From NCBI RefSeq assembly GCF_018350175.1, contig NC_058368.1, positions 62,622,001 through 62,686,000 on the forward strand: a stretch of 64,000 nt of DNA. Reading direction: 5' to 3'. This document shows positions 34,885-47,679 of this stretch, one piece after another. The notes under the pieces are model-generated. The model was not told the DNA's origin and made no database searches. It worked only from the letters and a program-made list of their open reading frames with translations. Both the position numbers and the translations under genes were made by a program. Numbering within the stretch: the first letter of the stretch is position 1; every line of letters starts with the position of its first letter. The DNA comes from Felis catus. Its lineage: Eukaryota.

Positions 34885-35340
34885 AATCCATCAGTTTGGA
34901 TTCACCAAGAAACAGATGCTAAGACAGGATTAGAAATGCAAGCAACTTATTGGGGGAAATGGCTGTGAAGGAGAGAGCGGAGGAGGAAGCAGGCATCAGA
35001 GGAGAAAGCCTGCAGAGTGTAATATAGGATAGGCCTGTGATATGACAGGGTAGAAGAGGATTGTGAGGTTACAGGGTCTCAGTAGTTTTAAGAAAGTTTC
35101 TGCCAGGACAATGGGGAGTCCACAGCCCACATCCCCTGTTAGATGTTCCTGTTCCACGAATTACAGGAACAGGCCAGCACTGGCACTGAGAGCATGCCCA
35201 GGTATTGGCCGGCAATCATCTGGGGAAGTGGGATCCCAACAGAAATATAGTGCTGGATCTTTAGAGGTGGCAGTTGTTACTGTGAATCAACCACACCCCT
35301 TCCCTCATAAGATTTCAATGGCACATCTTTATGGCAACCC
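34885..35340 (-). mobile_element. ERVL LTR16-like
   Basis: ggattcaccaagaaacagatgctaagacaggattagaaatgcaag..ttattgggggaaatg; aagtttctgccaggacaatggggagtcc. Confidence 0.7.
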
Positions 35341-35417
35341 TGTGGAAGGAGAATATTATAGACAAAATATGGAGTCCTCTAAATTCAACAATAGTATCAT
35401 TAAAAGTCATCAAGCAA

Positions 35418-35632
35418 GGGGAGTCTGGGTGGCTCAGTCGGTTAAGCTTCCGGCTCCAGCTCAGGTCATGATCTTGCAGTTCATGGGTTTGAGCCCCAAG
35501 TAGGGCTCTGTGCTGACAGCGTGGAGCCTGGAGCCTGCTTCAGATTCTGTGTCTCCCTCTTTCTCTGCCCCTCCCCTGCTCACACTCATCTGTCTCTCTC
35601 AAAAATAAATAAACATTTAAAAATAATTTTTA
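35418..35632 (+). mobile_element. CanSINE
   Basis: Perfect TSD aaaagtcatcaagcaa. Confidence 0.95.
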
Positions 35633-36180
35633 AAAAGTCATCAAGCAAAAGGCAAAGATAAACACCTATGAGAGGGTTTAGAGGACAGGCTGGGAATTGC
35701 ATAGAGCAATAAGCAGAGGAAGAGGAAGCAGTATTCACAGGCACAGAGCTTGGGTCTCAGTAGGGCCAAGGTCAAGAGTGCCCACCTTGCTCTGGTTTGG
35801 AGGAGATCCTCTCTCCTCTTCTAAGCAACTGGACAGCCTATCAAAAAGAGTCCCTCTGAAGATCACCAGGTATCCTCTTTCACTTCTCGGGTGTGATCCC
35901 TTAAAACTTTTAAACTGTAAAATTAAGACAAATAAAAGGAAATATGTTATTCCCGCAATAGCAAGTGTCAATCCAGAGCTTGACAGAAAGCAAACTTTAG
36001 AGTTTCTGAGTACACACTCTGATAGCAGAACATAGATCATTTAATACAGCAGAGCTCATGTTTGTAGCTGATAATGCCCTGTGCCCCCCTCCCCCTGGAG
36101 AACAGACTATCCATTTCAACACCCCATTATTAAAAAGTTGATTATGTGATTTTAAAACGTAAGCTTATTAATAACCTGGT

Positions 36181-36492
36181 TACATTAGACAGGTTTCTCC
36201 AGAGAAACAGAACCAATAAAGAAAGAGAGAGATTTGTTTAGAAATTGGCTTAGGCAGTTATGGACCCCAAGAATTTCCATACTCTGCCATCTACATGGTT
36301 GGAACTAGGAAACATGTTGGTATAAATCAGTCCAAGTCCAAAGGCTTAAGAACCAGGAGTTCCTGGTTTAAATACCAGGAGTCCAAGGGTTGAAGAAGCA
36401 GGAGCTCTGATTCAGATGCTGATCTCATCCAGAAACACTCTGCTACCTGGGTATCTCTTAAGCCATTCAAGGTGACATAAAATTAACCACCA
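36181..36492 (-). mobile_element. MLT2 (ERVL) LTR, internally deleted
   Basis: ttctccagagaaacagaaccaata start; tgacataaaattaaccacca end. Confidence 0.85.
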
Positions 36493-38121
36493 CTGATTGT
36501 AATAATATGCTTATGGGTTTTAGGAGCGGAAGAGGCAGTAATGAGTGATTAGATGAATCATCTCATGAAGGACCAAATGCCAGTTGTTGGTTTTTAGGCT
36601 CTATACAACAAACAGTAATAATGGCAGGCAGTGCATGCCTTGCAAGCTCGTTATTAACATCATAATAAAAATAACATTCTGATCTTTCATTCCAGTTTTG
36701 CAAATCATCTTTTTATGGCCCTGTGTTTTTAAAAGAGGAAGGCAAATGCAGGAGAGTAGTGGTAGGGGGTGTTTTATTTCCTTCTGTACCTGAAGACAAA
36801 ATGATAACATCAGAGCCATTTCAGAATAAGCAAAAAATATATACAGTACAGACAGCAGGTGGTATCACATGTGCCAAATTAACTTTGTCCAAATAAATCT
36901 TTTCTGTATAATCCCCAGCTGTGTAGAAAAGTAGAAACCTATGAGAGTCTCCCCATGACAACATTTAAAAGGAAGATGCTATTGGTGGTGTCTTGAGTAA
37001 AGCAGTAAGTTTATGTTGGAGTGTTAGGAAATTTTTCTTTTTTTTCTCTCTTATTTCTGCCGCAGCATATGTTGTGATTTGTCTCCTCATTATTATTAAA
37101 ATTCAATACTGGTAGTTATAGTATAATCAGGATCGATGATGGATAATTTCCTCCCTTCTCTGCCTTCCTTGTTATTATTTTTTAGAATGGAATAGAAGCA
37201 GAAATATATTTCTAAAATCAAATGTTAATAATTTCTGAATTGGAAAGAACCTTAAAGTTTCTATAGGGAAACATCCTATGTAATAATGTAAGAGGGCCTT
37301 TGTGAATTGCTCAAAGTGACAGTATTGGGAGCCACTGTTGGATCTAGTATCTTCGTATTTTCTGCCCAGTGGTTCCATTTCTCTACCAAATATAGTTGTC
37401 TTCACTTTTTCTACTATGTTGTCATTAATTTTTTTCAGTAACTCCCTTTTCCCCTGAATATTCTGACCTCTTGTAAAGGCATGACCTTCTTCTCCAGGTG
37501 GGTCTGGCTGTGTAGATAGATATTAGAGAAAACTTTCTCCACTAAGGGTTGGCTAGTTTCTAAGCCTTTGCTCCCTGACATCTAAACAGAATGATCTCAA
37601 TGATTTGGCAGTCATAATTCACATAGAAACTGCTGTTGTATTGAATGTCTAAATCCAAAGAAAATGACAGGAAATGAAGACATATGTTTGGGTCTGGGAA
37701 AGAAATATTTAGAAATGTGTATATATGGTAGGTATTAAGTGAATTAAATGTTGAGGTTTTTCTAAGATATCTCCCAATTAAACAAAATAGGTAGTTGTCT
37801 ATTTGATTCAAGCCTAAAATCATCCACGATTAGGAAGCAAAAACAATCTGAAATAGGAATGAGATTCCCTAAAGCTTGGAAAAGTCATTTATTCCAATAT
37901 CCAATTTGTGTTTTTTTTTCTTTAGGTAAACATCATTAAAATGTGTCAAGGGAGCCAATTCAGTACAATTGGAAAGTTGAAGAAAATGAACATGAATTCT
38001 AGAAAACAGCAGAAAATTATGCCAGTATAAGATATGCCTTATATTCCAATAAAATAAAATAACCCAATACATTACATTTAAATAATTATTTACAGAATAT
38101 TAAGGTGACAATTAGATATAT

Positions 38122-38341
38122 TTCTTTTTTTTTCTTAGTGTTTACTTATTTATTTTGTGAGGCAGAGAGACAGAGAGAGCAGGGGAGGGACAGAGAGGGA
38201 GGAAGAGGGAGAAAATCCCAAGCAGTCTCTGCACCAGCAGCACTGAGCCAGACACAGGGCTCAAATTCATGAACTGGGAGATCATGATCTGAACTGAAAC
38301 CAAGAGTGGGACACTTAGCCTACTGAGCCACCCAGGCGCCC
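38122..38341 (-). mobile_element. CanSINE
   Basis: Ends gagccacccaggcgccc; tagatatat on both flanks. Confidence 0.92.
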
Positions 38342-39511
38342 TGAGTAGATATATATCTTAAAGTTCATTATCTAGGTGCGTGAAAACAAGGCTGCAATCA
38401 TGCCTCTCTTTGAACATAGGAAGCACTCTGTGGATTTGTTAAACTGTATTATATTGAATGAATAAATATTGTGAATTAAAGTAGGGTGACTTGTTGGTAA
38501 TAATTAAAACATTTTGGAGATAGTTTCAGTGACCAACACAATGATCTACTCTGCCTTCCCTTTTCCCCTAAGAAATGAAAAACAATGCAAAGGCATTGCA
38601 TCTATACAAATGCAAGCTTCCAGCCATCACAAGAATATCATGGCAACCATTAAGGAGTGCAAATAATTTTGTGTCTCACTTGGAATGAGAAAGAGGAATA
38701 TAGTTCAGCAAAGCTGCTATGTTCTCAGCAGTTAAACACATATACACATGCTACATGCACACACAGGTATAGTTTAGAATTCGTGAAATTTGGCATATTG
38801 TCTATTCTAGTTGTCTATTCTTTGTTCCTAAAACTTCTTCAGGAAGTTGAAATAATCATAATATTTTGAGTATATACATTTTTAATTCTGTTCTGTGGGA
38901 AAAAACTTGCTCAAATATTTTTACCAGGAAACTAAATGGAGGTATAGTTATTTCTGCTTTTTAAAACCCTTTTCTACTCCTCAAACCCCAGATCTTCCTT
39001 TTGTTTCACTTATACAGATGAAGACAAAATTACACTCAATAAAATTTAATTACAGAATCTAAATTACACAAGTTCACTATACTATGGCAGATTTTGAAAT
39101 TTTAATTGATAATATGATTTATATCCTGCAAAGATGTTGATTCATGATTTTTTCTGTGATGCTTATATATAAACAGAAATATTTGTATAGTTCAAAATAT
39201 TTGCTTTTTAAAATTAAATGACAGAGATAAGTCATCCAAGAGCACAGCAGAAAGAGCAGACATTTTCACTCTGACACTTCAAATGGGATTTGCAAGTATG
39301 ACTGATCATAATGTGATAAAATCCTTCTTTCCGTCAGTTTCTATGTGAGAAGCACAATTGGAAACAGTATGAAAATTTTCTCCCGTGTTATTCATGTTTC
39401 CATTCAAAATCAGAGAACAATGGAACACATCTTGTATGCATGAAAATGTGTTGAAAGTAAAAGGGAAATGCAGTCCCTGAGAATTGGTATTATTATTAGC
39501 TGTCTAATCGT

Positions 39512-39745
39512 TAGTAGAACATGGGTGAGAACTTTACATCTACAGTCAGATGACTTGGGTCCCACCACAGCCTGGCCACTTTCTAGTTATGCACACCTTC
39601 ATCAAGTTACATACCTTTTGAAGACTCGGTTTTATGATGTAGAAAAGTGAGATAATAATTGTTACTTAGAAATTTCTTATGGACATAAATGATGTAATAG
39701 GCTTAGCACTGGACGTGGCATATCATATATTAATAATTAATACTG
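39512..39745 (+). mobile_element. MIR
   Basis: agtcagatgacttgggtcc..ccactttctagtt..caagttac..ggcttagcactggacgtggcata. Confidence 0.75.
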
Positions 39746-39883
39746 GTTTTAATTTGCTTTTGTGAAATTAGAGGACAGAGCGTTTGTGTTTTTATGGAGC
39801 AATGTTCATTGCTAACTTTGGCTATTATTTATATAAGCTTTTCGCATGCCTATATGGATACTGTCTAAGAATATCTACATCTA

Positions 39884-40105
39884 GAGATGCCTGAGTGGCT
39901 CAGTGGATTAAGCGTGCAACTCTTGATTTTGGCTCAGGTCATGATCTCACAGTTCCTGGGATCAAGCCCCAAGCTGGGCTCTGTGCTGAGCATGATGCCT
40001 GCTTGGGATTCTCTATCTTCCTCTCTCACTGCTCCACCACTACTCATGCATGTGCACACGTCATCTCTCTCAAAATAAATAAAACTTTTTAAAAAATGTA
40101 TTGAA
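39884..40105 (+). mobile_element. CanSINE
   Basis: ctcttgattttggctcaggtcatgatctc, A-rich tail. Confidence 0.92.
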
Positions 40106-40312
40106 AATAATATCTGTGTCCAATAGTTCTTACAAAAAATTATGATTAATAATTAATTCACAAAATTCTACATTTCCTTCAAGAGTCAGGCACTGTTGGA
40201 AATCCTAATGCAATTTTTAAACAGAAAATTGCAAAATACAGAAATTTAAGCAGCAAAATCATTCCCCTTCATTAACAATATCGTTTATGTATAAAGCCAT
40301 TTCCTCAGTTTA

Positions 40313-40533
40313 TTTTTTTTAATTTTTTTTAATGTTTATTTATTTTTGAAGGAGAGAGAGACAGAGTGTGAGTGGGGGAGGGGCAGAGAGAGAGGGAGAC
40401 ACAGAATCGGAAGCAGGCCCCGGGCTCTGAGCTGTCAGCACAGAGCCTGATGCGGGGCTCGAACCCACGAACTGTAAGATCATGACCTGAGCCGAAGTTG
40501 GAAGCTCAACCAACTGAGCCACCCAAGCACCCC
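40313..40533 (-). mobile_element. CanSINE (SINEC_Fc-like)
   Basis: 18-bp TSD agccattt(c/t)ctcagttta. Confidence 0.95.
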
Positions 40534-41789
40534 AGCCATTTTCTCAGTTTAAAGTCAAGTATTAGTGAGTGTGTCACGACATCTAACTGATATCTAAGAA
40601 ATACTAAATTATGTAAAATAAAGAAAAAAACAGGGGAGAGGCATAGAAGAATTTGCTACTTTCTAGGAACTTTCCTCTTAATTTATGGACATGCTAAAGC
40701 ATACCAATAGGTGATTTATAAGAAACGGGAAAGAAAAAAAAAAACAGCTAATATGATGAGTACTTCAAATATTATTAAATACACATATACAAGATTCTTT
40801 AATATGAGACAAGAATACACTACTTGAGATCAACTCCAAAATATATTGATCATTTTTTGTCTGTTTGCAACACAATTATTGCCACACAGAGACCTTAACA
40901 AGTCAAATACCACTATTCTGATCTGAATGCCGTTATACACCTATCAGGGCTTTGTAGATCTGTCATGATTTCTATTATATTAAGATAAAATTTCCTTGCA
41001 CTAGGACCAAAATATTTCATAAAACCACCATTATGTATTTGGCTTTCCTAGGTGCTTGCTGCATGAAGGCAGATTTCATATGTATTTAAACATTCATAGC
41101 ACAGATGTTCTGTGGCTTATACATCACACTCCCGGAAAATCCAGTGCTGTTTGTTCTGTCTAGCTGTTGAGACATTTATAATCATTTTTATAATTTTCAC
41201 AAAGGTCATAAGAAACTTTCAGCATTTGCAAATATATACTATGGGTGCTCAGCAATATTAAAATACTTTAGACTACATATTAACAGAATGTTCCGATGAC
41301 TGACTAGATTATATAAAGATTTTCAAAAGTATAAAGCATAACATGATTGAAAACTAGGCTATATTGATATTTAGTCAATTGCAAAATACCAGTAAAAAGT
41401 AAGTAATTTAGATTTCCCTAAATTCAAAGGTAAAAACAAATGTGAGAAAAATGCTATGTTCTATGCAAGAATATTTTCTAATGAAATTACTTTTGGATTA
41501 CCTCAAATATCAAAGCCATGTTGAGATTCTTAAAGGGAATCAATTTCTTCAAGTCTTAAAATACTAAAAGGAAAATGTTATTAAAATAACCTCATGGAGT
41601 ATAGGATTATATAGTGGAGATAGGAGCAATGCAAATAATTAGTGATTTTGAATCCTCCCTGAAATTTCTTTAGTAACTGGCATAATATATTTTCCAAATA
41701 ATCTGTTATATCTGATGTTATTATTTTTCTTCCACATATTCTTAATGATATAATCTAAGCTTTCAGAAAATTCAAGAACTCCAAATATA

Positions 41790-41915
41790 CATATAAATAT
41801 ATATGTATGTATGTGTGTGTGTGTATATATATATATATACACACACACACATACACACACACACACACACACACATCCAGATATATGTATGTGTGTATAT
41901 GTACATAAATATATA
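41790..41915. repeat. Compound (TG)n(TA)n(CA)n microsatellite
   Basis: Direct reading. Confidence 0.9.
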
Positions 41916-42109
41916 TCTCCAGAGTGCAGTGCACAAGAGAAATTGCTTTGCCAGTGCTGAATAGACATGAAAAAATACATAGAGTATCTACACTCTGCAA
42001 AGAGTTGTCAGTTTAATACTAGGTGAAATCCTATTGAAAATATTTAGTCCTTTAAATAGTATATATTTTTATTTACCATGTTAATTTTTTACGTGGGTCA
42101 CATATTCTT

Positions 42110-42306
42110 TTTTTTTTAAGTTTATTTATTTATTTTGAGAGGAAGAGACAGAGCATGAGTAGGGGAAGGACAGAGAAAGTGGGAGAGAGAGAATCCCAAG
42201 CAGGTTTTGTGCAGCCAACAGAGGACTGGATCTCAGAAACTGAGATCACGACCTGAGCCAAAATCAAAAGTCGGTAGCTTAACCAACTGAGCCACCCAGG
42301 GGACCC
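42110..42306 (-). mobile_element. CanSINE
   Basis: TSD catattctt at 42101 and 42306. Confidence 0.92.
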
Positions 42307-42314
42307 ATATTCTT

Positions 42315-42535
42315 TTTTTTTTTAATTTAATGTTTATTTGTTTTTGAGAGAGGGAGAGAGACAGACAGAATGTGAGCAGGTGTGGGGCAGAGAGAGGGAG
42401 ACACAGAATCTGAAGCAGGCTCCAGGCTCTGAGCTGTCAGCACAGAGACTGACGCAGGGCTTGATCCCATGAACTGTGAGATCATGACCTGAGCAGAGTT
42501 GGGCACTTAACCGACTGAGCCATCCAGGTGTCCCC
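42315..42535 (-). mobile_element. CanSINE (tandem with the previous copy)
   Basis: Full-length body, T tail. Confidence 0.93.
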
Positions 42536-43029
42536 AAGGGCCCCCAGGGGCCCCATATGCTTAATTAGAGGCTTTTTTATATTTATTCTTCTGTGTTACA
42601 AAGTTAAATACTTTAAATGCAAACTCAGACGTTGCAATATTTGCTTTTGCTGGAATTGTGAGAAAATAATACTCTTTGTCACTTCTATTCTTATACTGCA
42701 GTAAAGGTGGAGAATAACTATCCCGAGCTTTGGGTGACACAGACACAAAAGACAACGGTTGCCTCTGATCTGTAGCAGAAGGTGGATTAAAATGGTCCTG
42801 GAAGGTTCTACTTGGACATAAGAGTAAACCCACAGTGAACTCTGATGACTGCATAGAAAGTCTTGTCAATCTTGGCCTGAAGATATGGATCAGTGCTAAA
42901 AACAAAAAGCCACATGAGCTCCTGACAGAAAATAATTCTATCACAAAGGCAAGACTTTGACAGCACCACCTTCCATTTTGCTTAATCATAAAATCATCAA
43001 TTCCAGAAAAACGGAGTCAATCAACATAT

Positions 43030-43370
43030 TAAAGTAGAATCTGAAAAACAAAACAAATGAACAGACACCGAAAACCAAAAAGACAGATATAGGAAGCAAA
43101 CTGGTTGCCAGAGGGAAGAGGTAGGGGAATGGGTGAAACAGGAAAAGGAGATTAAGAGGTACAAACCTTTAGTTTTAAATAAGTGAGTCACTGGGTTGAA
43201 AAGGACAGCATAGGGAATATAGTCAACAATCTTGTAATAATGTTGTATAGTGACGGTGACAGATGATAACTACACTTAGTGTGGTGAGCACTGAGTAATG
43301 TACAGAATTGTTAAATCACTGTGTTGTATACATGATACTAATGTAACAGTGTATGTCAACTATATAAAAA
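43030..43370 (+). mobile_element. L1_Carn-like 3' end
   Basis: ggagattaagaggtacaaacc..agcatagggaatatagtcaa..ggtgagcactgagtaatgtacagaattg..gtatgtcaactata. Confidence 0.88.
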
Positions 43371-43637
43371 GTGATGTTCTAAGTGCGTTTTTTTCCCAGA
43401 GTTTACAATATAGAAAAAAATAGTAAGTTTCAATATTACACCAGCTGCTATGGAATTTATTTTAATGTTCTCTTTGTAGAACTCAATATTGTTTCTTAAT
43501 TTCATTACTTTCTTTTCACAACTGAATTAATAGTTAACTAGTTTAAGTCCAAAAATTGTCCATTGGAGGCTAACAATTTTACACATGCCAAATAGAATTT
43601 TAATTTTGCTCTACTGTTACAAAGATAAGTGACATTA

Positions 43638-43813
43638 GGGGTGCCTGAGTGGCTCAGTCGGTTAAGTGTCTGACTTCGGCTCAAGTCATGATCTCACGGT
43701 TTTTGGCTTTGAGCCCCACTTCGGGCTCTGTGCTGACAGCTAGATTCTGTCTCCCTCTTTCTCTGACCCTCCTCTGCTCATGCTCTGTCTCTCTCTCAAA
43801 AATAAACATTTTA
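43638..43813 (+). mobile_element. CanSINE A (internal ~20-nt deletion)
   Basis: Head ggggtgcctgagtggctcagtcgg; tgacattag at 43630 and 44057. Confidence 0.92.
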
Positions 43814-43814
43814 T

Positions 43815-44021
43815 GGGGCGCCTGGGTGGCTCAGTCGGTTGGGCATCTGACTTCGGCTCAGGTCACGATCTCGCGGTCCGTGAGTTTGAGCCCCGTGTTG
43901 GGCTCTGGGCTGATGGTCGGAGCCTGGAGCCTGCTTCCGATTCTGTGTCTCCCTCTCTCTCTGCCCCTCCCCCGTTCATGCTCTGTCTCTGTCTCAAAAA
44001 TAAACGTTAAAAAAAAGTTTT
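43815..44021 (+). mobile_element. Young SINEC_Fc B, inserted in the tail of A
   Basis: CpG-rich; aaaaataaacatttt on both sides. Confidence 0.94.
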
Positions 44022-44066
44022 AAAAATAAACATTTTTAAATTTTTTTTAAAAAAACTGACATTAGA

Positions 44067-44282
44067 GGGGCGCCTGGGTGGCGCAGTGGTTAAGCGTCCG
44101 ATTTCAGCCAGGTCACGATCTTGCGGTCCGTGAGTTCGAGCCCCGCGTCAGGCTCTGGGCTGATGGCTCTGATTCTGTGTCTCCCTCTCTCTCTGCCCCT
44201 CCCCTGTTCATGCTCTGTCTCTCTCTGTCCCAAAAATAAAATAAACGTTGAAAAAAATTAAAAAAAAAAAAAACAAAAAAAA
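44067..44282 (+). mobile_element. Young SINEC_Fc C (internal ~19-nt deletion)
   Basis: ggggcgcctgggtggcgcag..cacgatcttgcggtccgtgagttcgagccccgcg; long A tail. Confidence 0.94.
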
Positions 44283-47200
44283 CTCCGACGTTAGAATTTT
44301 ATACTTTTTATTTTACACTCATTTTATAAAATTACATGAAAAGAATGAAATAAAAGTCATTCCAAACCACACCATACTGATATGCAAAGTTGGTGACTTT
44401 GACAAAACTGATTTGTTAGAGCCAGCTGGCAGCAGCATCGTGTAATAGTTCAAAATATTCTTTCACTAATCAAGGTATGAAAATCTGAATCTGGCACACA
44501 AAAGGAGATAAGGGGTGCTAACGTGCAATGCATGAAAGTTGTGTGAGTGTTAGAAGGATCAAAATAAAGAATATTTTACTAGACAAGCTCATCGCATCTC
44601 TTAAAGTAGAGAAAATTGTATTCACACTTATGAAGAAAGAAATGTGAATCTAAATTACTAGATGTTAGAACACAATATGCCAGGAAAGAAATACTTCCAA
44701 ATGGTTTAAAACCCATTCTCCTGTCCATGTTTTCATGACCTCTATATTCATTGTGTATGTTTACTATTTAGAAAGTTCTAATTTAGTATTTAACTCTGAT
44801 GTATATTATATCTGTCATCCCCTTGCTATTATTTCTTCAAATATGATAGAAGTGGACTACAATTTGCGTGTAGATATTTGACTCTAGTTTAAAAATGAAA
44901 TTCTTCCCTATCCATTATTATCTTTTTATATATTTCTGATTTTTCACGGTTCCTTGTAATGTATGAAAATCACTTTCATTTGACAGATATTCTAGTATTT
45001 TGAGATACAATGTTTTTCTGGAATAAGAGACAAACTTCAAGTACAACTTTAAAGACATTTTTGTGTTCTTTGAGTTTTTTGCCCCATTGGACCATTCCTT
45101 TAATTCTTTCCTGGCATAAAAATTGAAGCTGAAAGCTAGGAAAATATAATGCATGTTTGAGAGACACACACCAGTCAGATTACCAGGAATGTAGAATATA
45201 TAAACAAGGAGTGACAGATAATGTGAAAAGGGAAAGCAGAGGGGCATATTATGACAAATCTTAACTGTGAAACAAAGGAGCGTCATTTAATTCGGTAAGC
45301 AATAATCACTGAAAGTTTGCTGGGCGAGAATTGATATGATTATAGAAGCTGAATATGACACAAATGATTGAGAGTCAGGAAGAAGCAAGTTAGATGCACT
45401 TTTAGTAATTATGGGACAAAATGAAATGTGTGTGAATTAAGTTGATACAATTAACAGTGTATACAATGAAAAAAAGAAAACAGTATTTTTTCACAGATTG
45501 GTAATGATTCCAGTGACATTCATTTAAGACTTGAGATGTTTACTCTTTCTATGTAAGTAAAGGAGATTCTGTATTTTCATAAGTTCCCAGAAGATGATGA
45601 TGATAATGGCTCAAGAACCACACTTTGATTAACATGGTTTTAAATTATACCATATGAGCATATAATTATGTATTTTTCACTTAGAAAATAAAATATAATT
45701 CAATGAATTTTAACCAGATCTACTGATGATTTGTTTGCAGATTAAAGGGGAATACTTTCAATAAAAAGAAATCTTTCTCTTGAGAAAGGAAATTTGTACT
45801 GGTCCTTAAAAACATGTTAATAGTTTTTTTTTTTCATTGAGAAGGCATTTATCTATCATCTATCTATGTATTATTATTATTATTATCTATCATTATTGTC
45901 TGCTTATCCCTGGTTTCTACTTCATTTCAAATCTAGGGCTTTTAAATTTTTTTTTTTTCTTTACTGATAATTGAATGGAGGTTTGGAAAAAGAAATAAAA
46001 CAATCAGTAAGTCAATCGTCTGTTTTAAACTGGATGGAATGTAATCGTGGAAGTTAGAAACTAAACATTTCGCTGAAAAATGCTGAAAATTGTGTATAAG
46101 CTGTGAAATAAGGCAAACAAAATTGCTCATGAGAACAAAGACAACATTCAAAGGTAGCAGTGAAAAAAAGTAGTCCCATAGGTATTTATTTGAATGAAAA
46201 GAGAAAGCAATTTGGTTCAGAACAAAATTTCAATGTTAAAACTTTAGAATTTTAAAGAGTTTAAACTACTTGAAGGTGATTACAAACATGGAAGTCATTA
46301 TATTGAGAAACTAGTTCTAATAATCTGATCTGACACTTTAAAAACTACACTGTTTACCTAGCAGAACATTTTCTATTTGCATTTCTCATAAAATCAAGGT
46401 AGTGTCTAACAAGATTTATCTTTTTAAGGAACTGATCAATCTAACTAGGGAAAGAAAAGTCACAAATATGAAACACAGACTCATTAAGAGTTATACCCAG
46501 AGTACACTCCAGAAGGTTAGTAAAAGTGAGTTTAGTCCTTCAAATTCCTCATATTTGAGAACCCAAAATACTGTTTGTCAAACAAAGCTACTTCTTCTGT
46601 TTCAGATCTTTGTTCTTAAAAAATAAATAATGAGATTAAAAAATAGAATAAGTTTGGACTAAGCCCCATTTTACTATTATGTTTACATTTTTATTATAAA
46701 TACATGTTTATTATTAGTATCAAATTAAGCTTATTATTTTTGTTATCAAGTCTAATCAAATACTTTGAAGTCCAAGATGGAAACATGATTATTTCAAAAA
46801 GGGAGACATTTCAAAATAATGCACTTTAGAGTCCTATGACTCTTTGAAAGATAAATTAATGTATATAAATAATATTCCAATATCAGGGTTATATTAGTCT
46901 CAATGTCTTTATATAAAATAAGAATTTTCTATTTCTTAAATCTTGGAACAATATACTATAAAACTTCATGGCTTTATAAATATCCTTCCTAATCCATATC
47001 TTCAGTTTTTTTAAAGTTTATTGTTTCATAGCAAGTGGCCAATTTACCTTGAATTAAATTTCAAAATTTATATTTTTCCTAGAAAAGTGTCTATTTAACT
47101 TAGGATTTTAAATTTGTTAGTGAAAATATTCTATTTTGGTTTTCCATTTAGATCATGTTAGCTTATAGTTATTGAGTACTTATATTAGTTTATTTACATG

Positions 47201-47679
47201 AGATAAGTATTAAGCATTTAAATGATGTAATATTCACAGAAGTTTCAAGAGTTAGGTAATGTTGCAAATCCACTTTACACATGAAAAAGTTAACACATAG
47301 AGTGGCTAAGTTACATATCATACAGGTATTAAGAGACTGAGTTGAAAGTATAATCCAGGTGAAAAGCACCAAAGCAAATCTTTCAGCTCTTGTCACCTGC
47401 TTTAATTCAACCAGCCTTACTGTTTTTATCCAAAATATTATTTAAGTGCGCCTTCAATTAAAAAAAAATATTTTGAACACACTTTTTAGTTTTTTTCCCT
47501 AATTCAATGATATTTTAAGCAGGTTTTTTTTGGGGGGGTGTGTTTGTCTTACATATTCTTTATTCATTATTGATTATTTTTAGTTTGGTTATAATCTGAG
47601 CTCAATTTCATTAATATTCCATTTTCTTTATTCATCTTACTTCAAGTTGAATGTGTGGATTATTTAATTTCCTTTTTCT

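Noticed and set aside
35063..35503. 146-aa ORF
   Set aside because: Runs through LTR16-like sequence into a SINE
42561..42989. 142-aa minus-strand ORF
   Set aside because: No recognisable domain or exon structure; looks like a chance ORF
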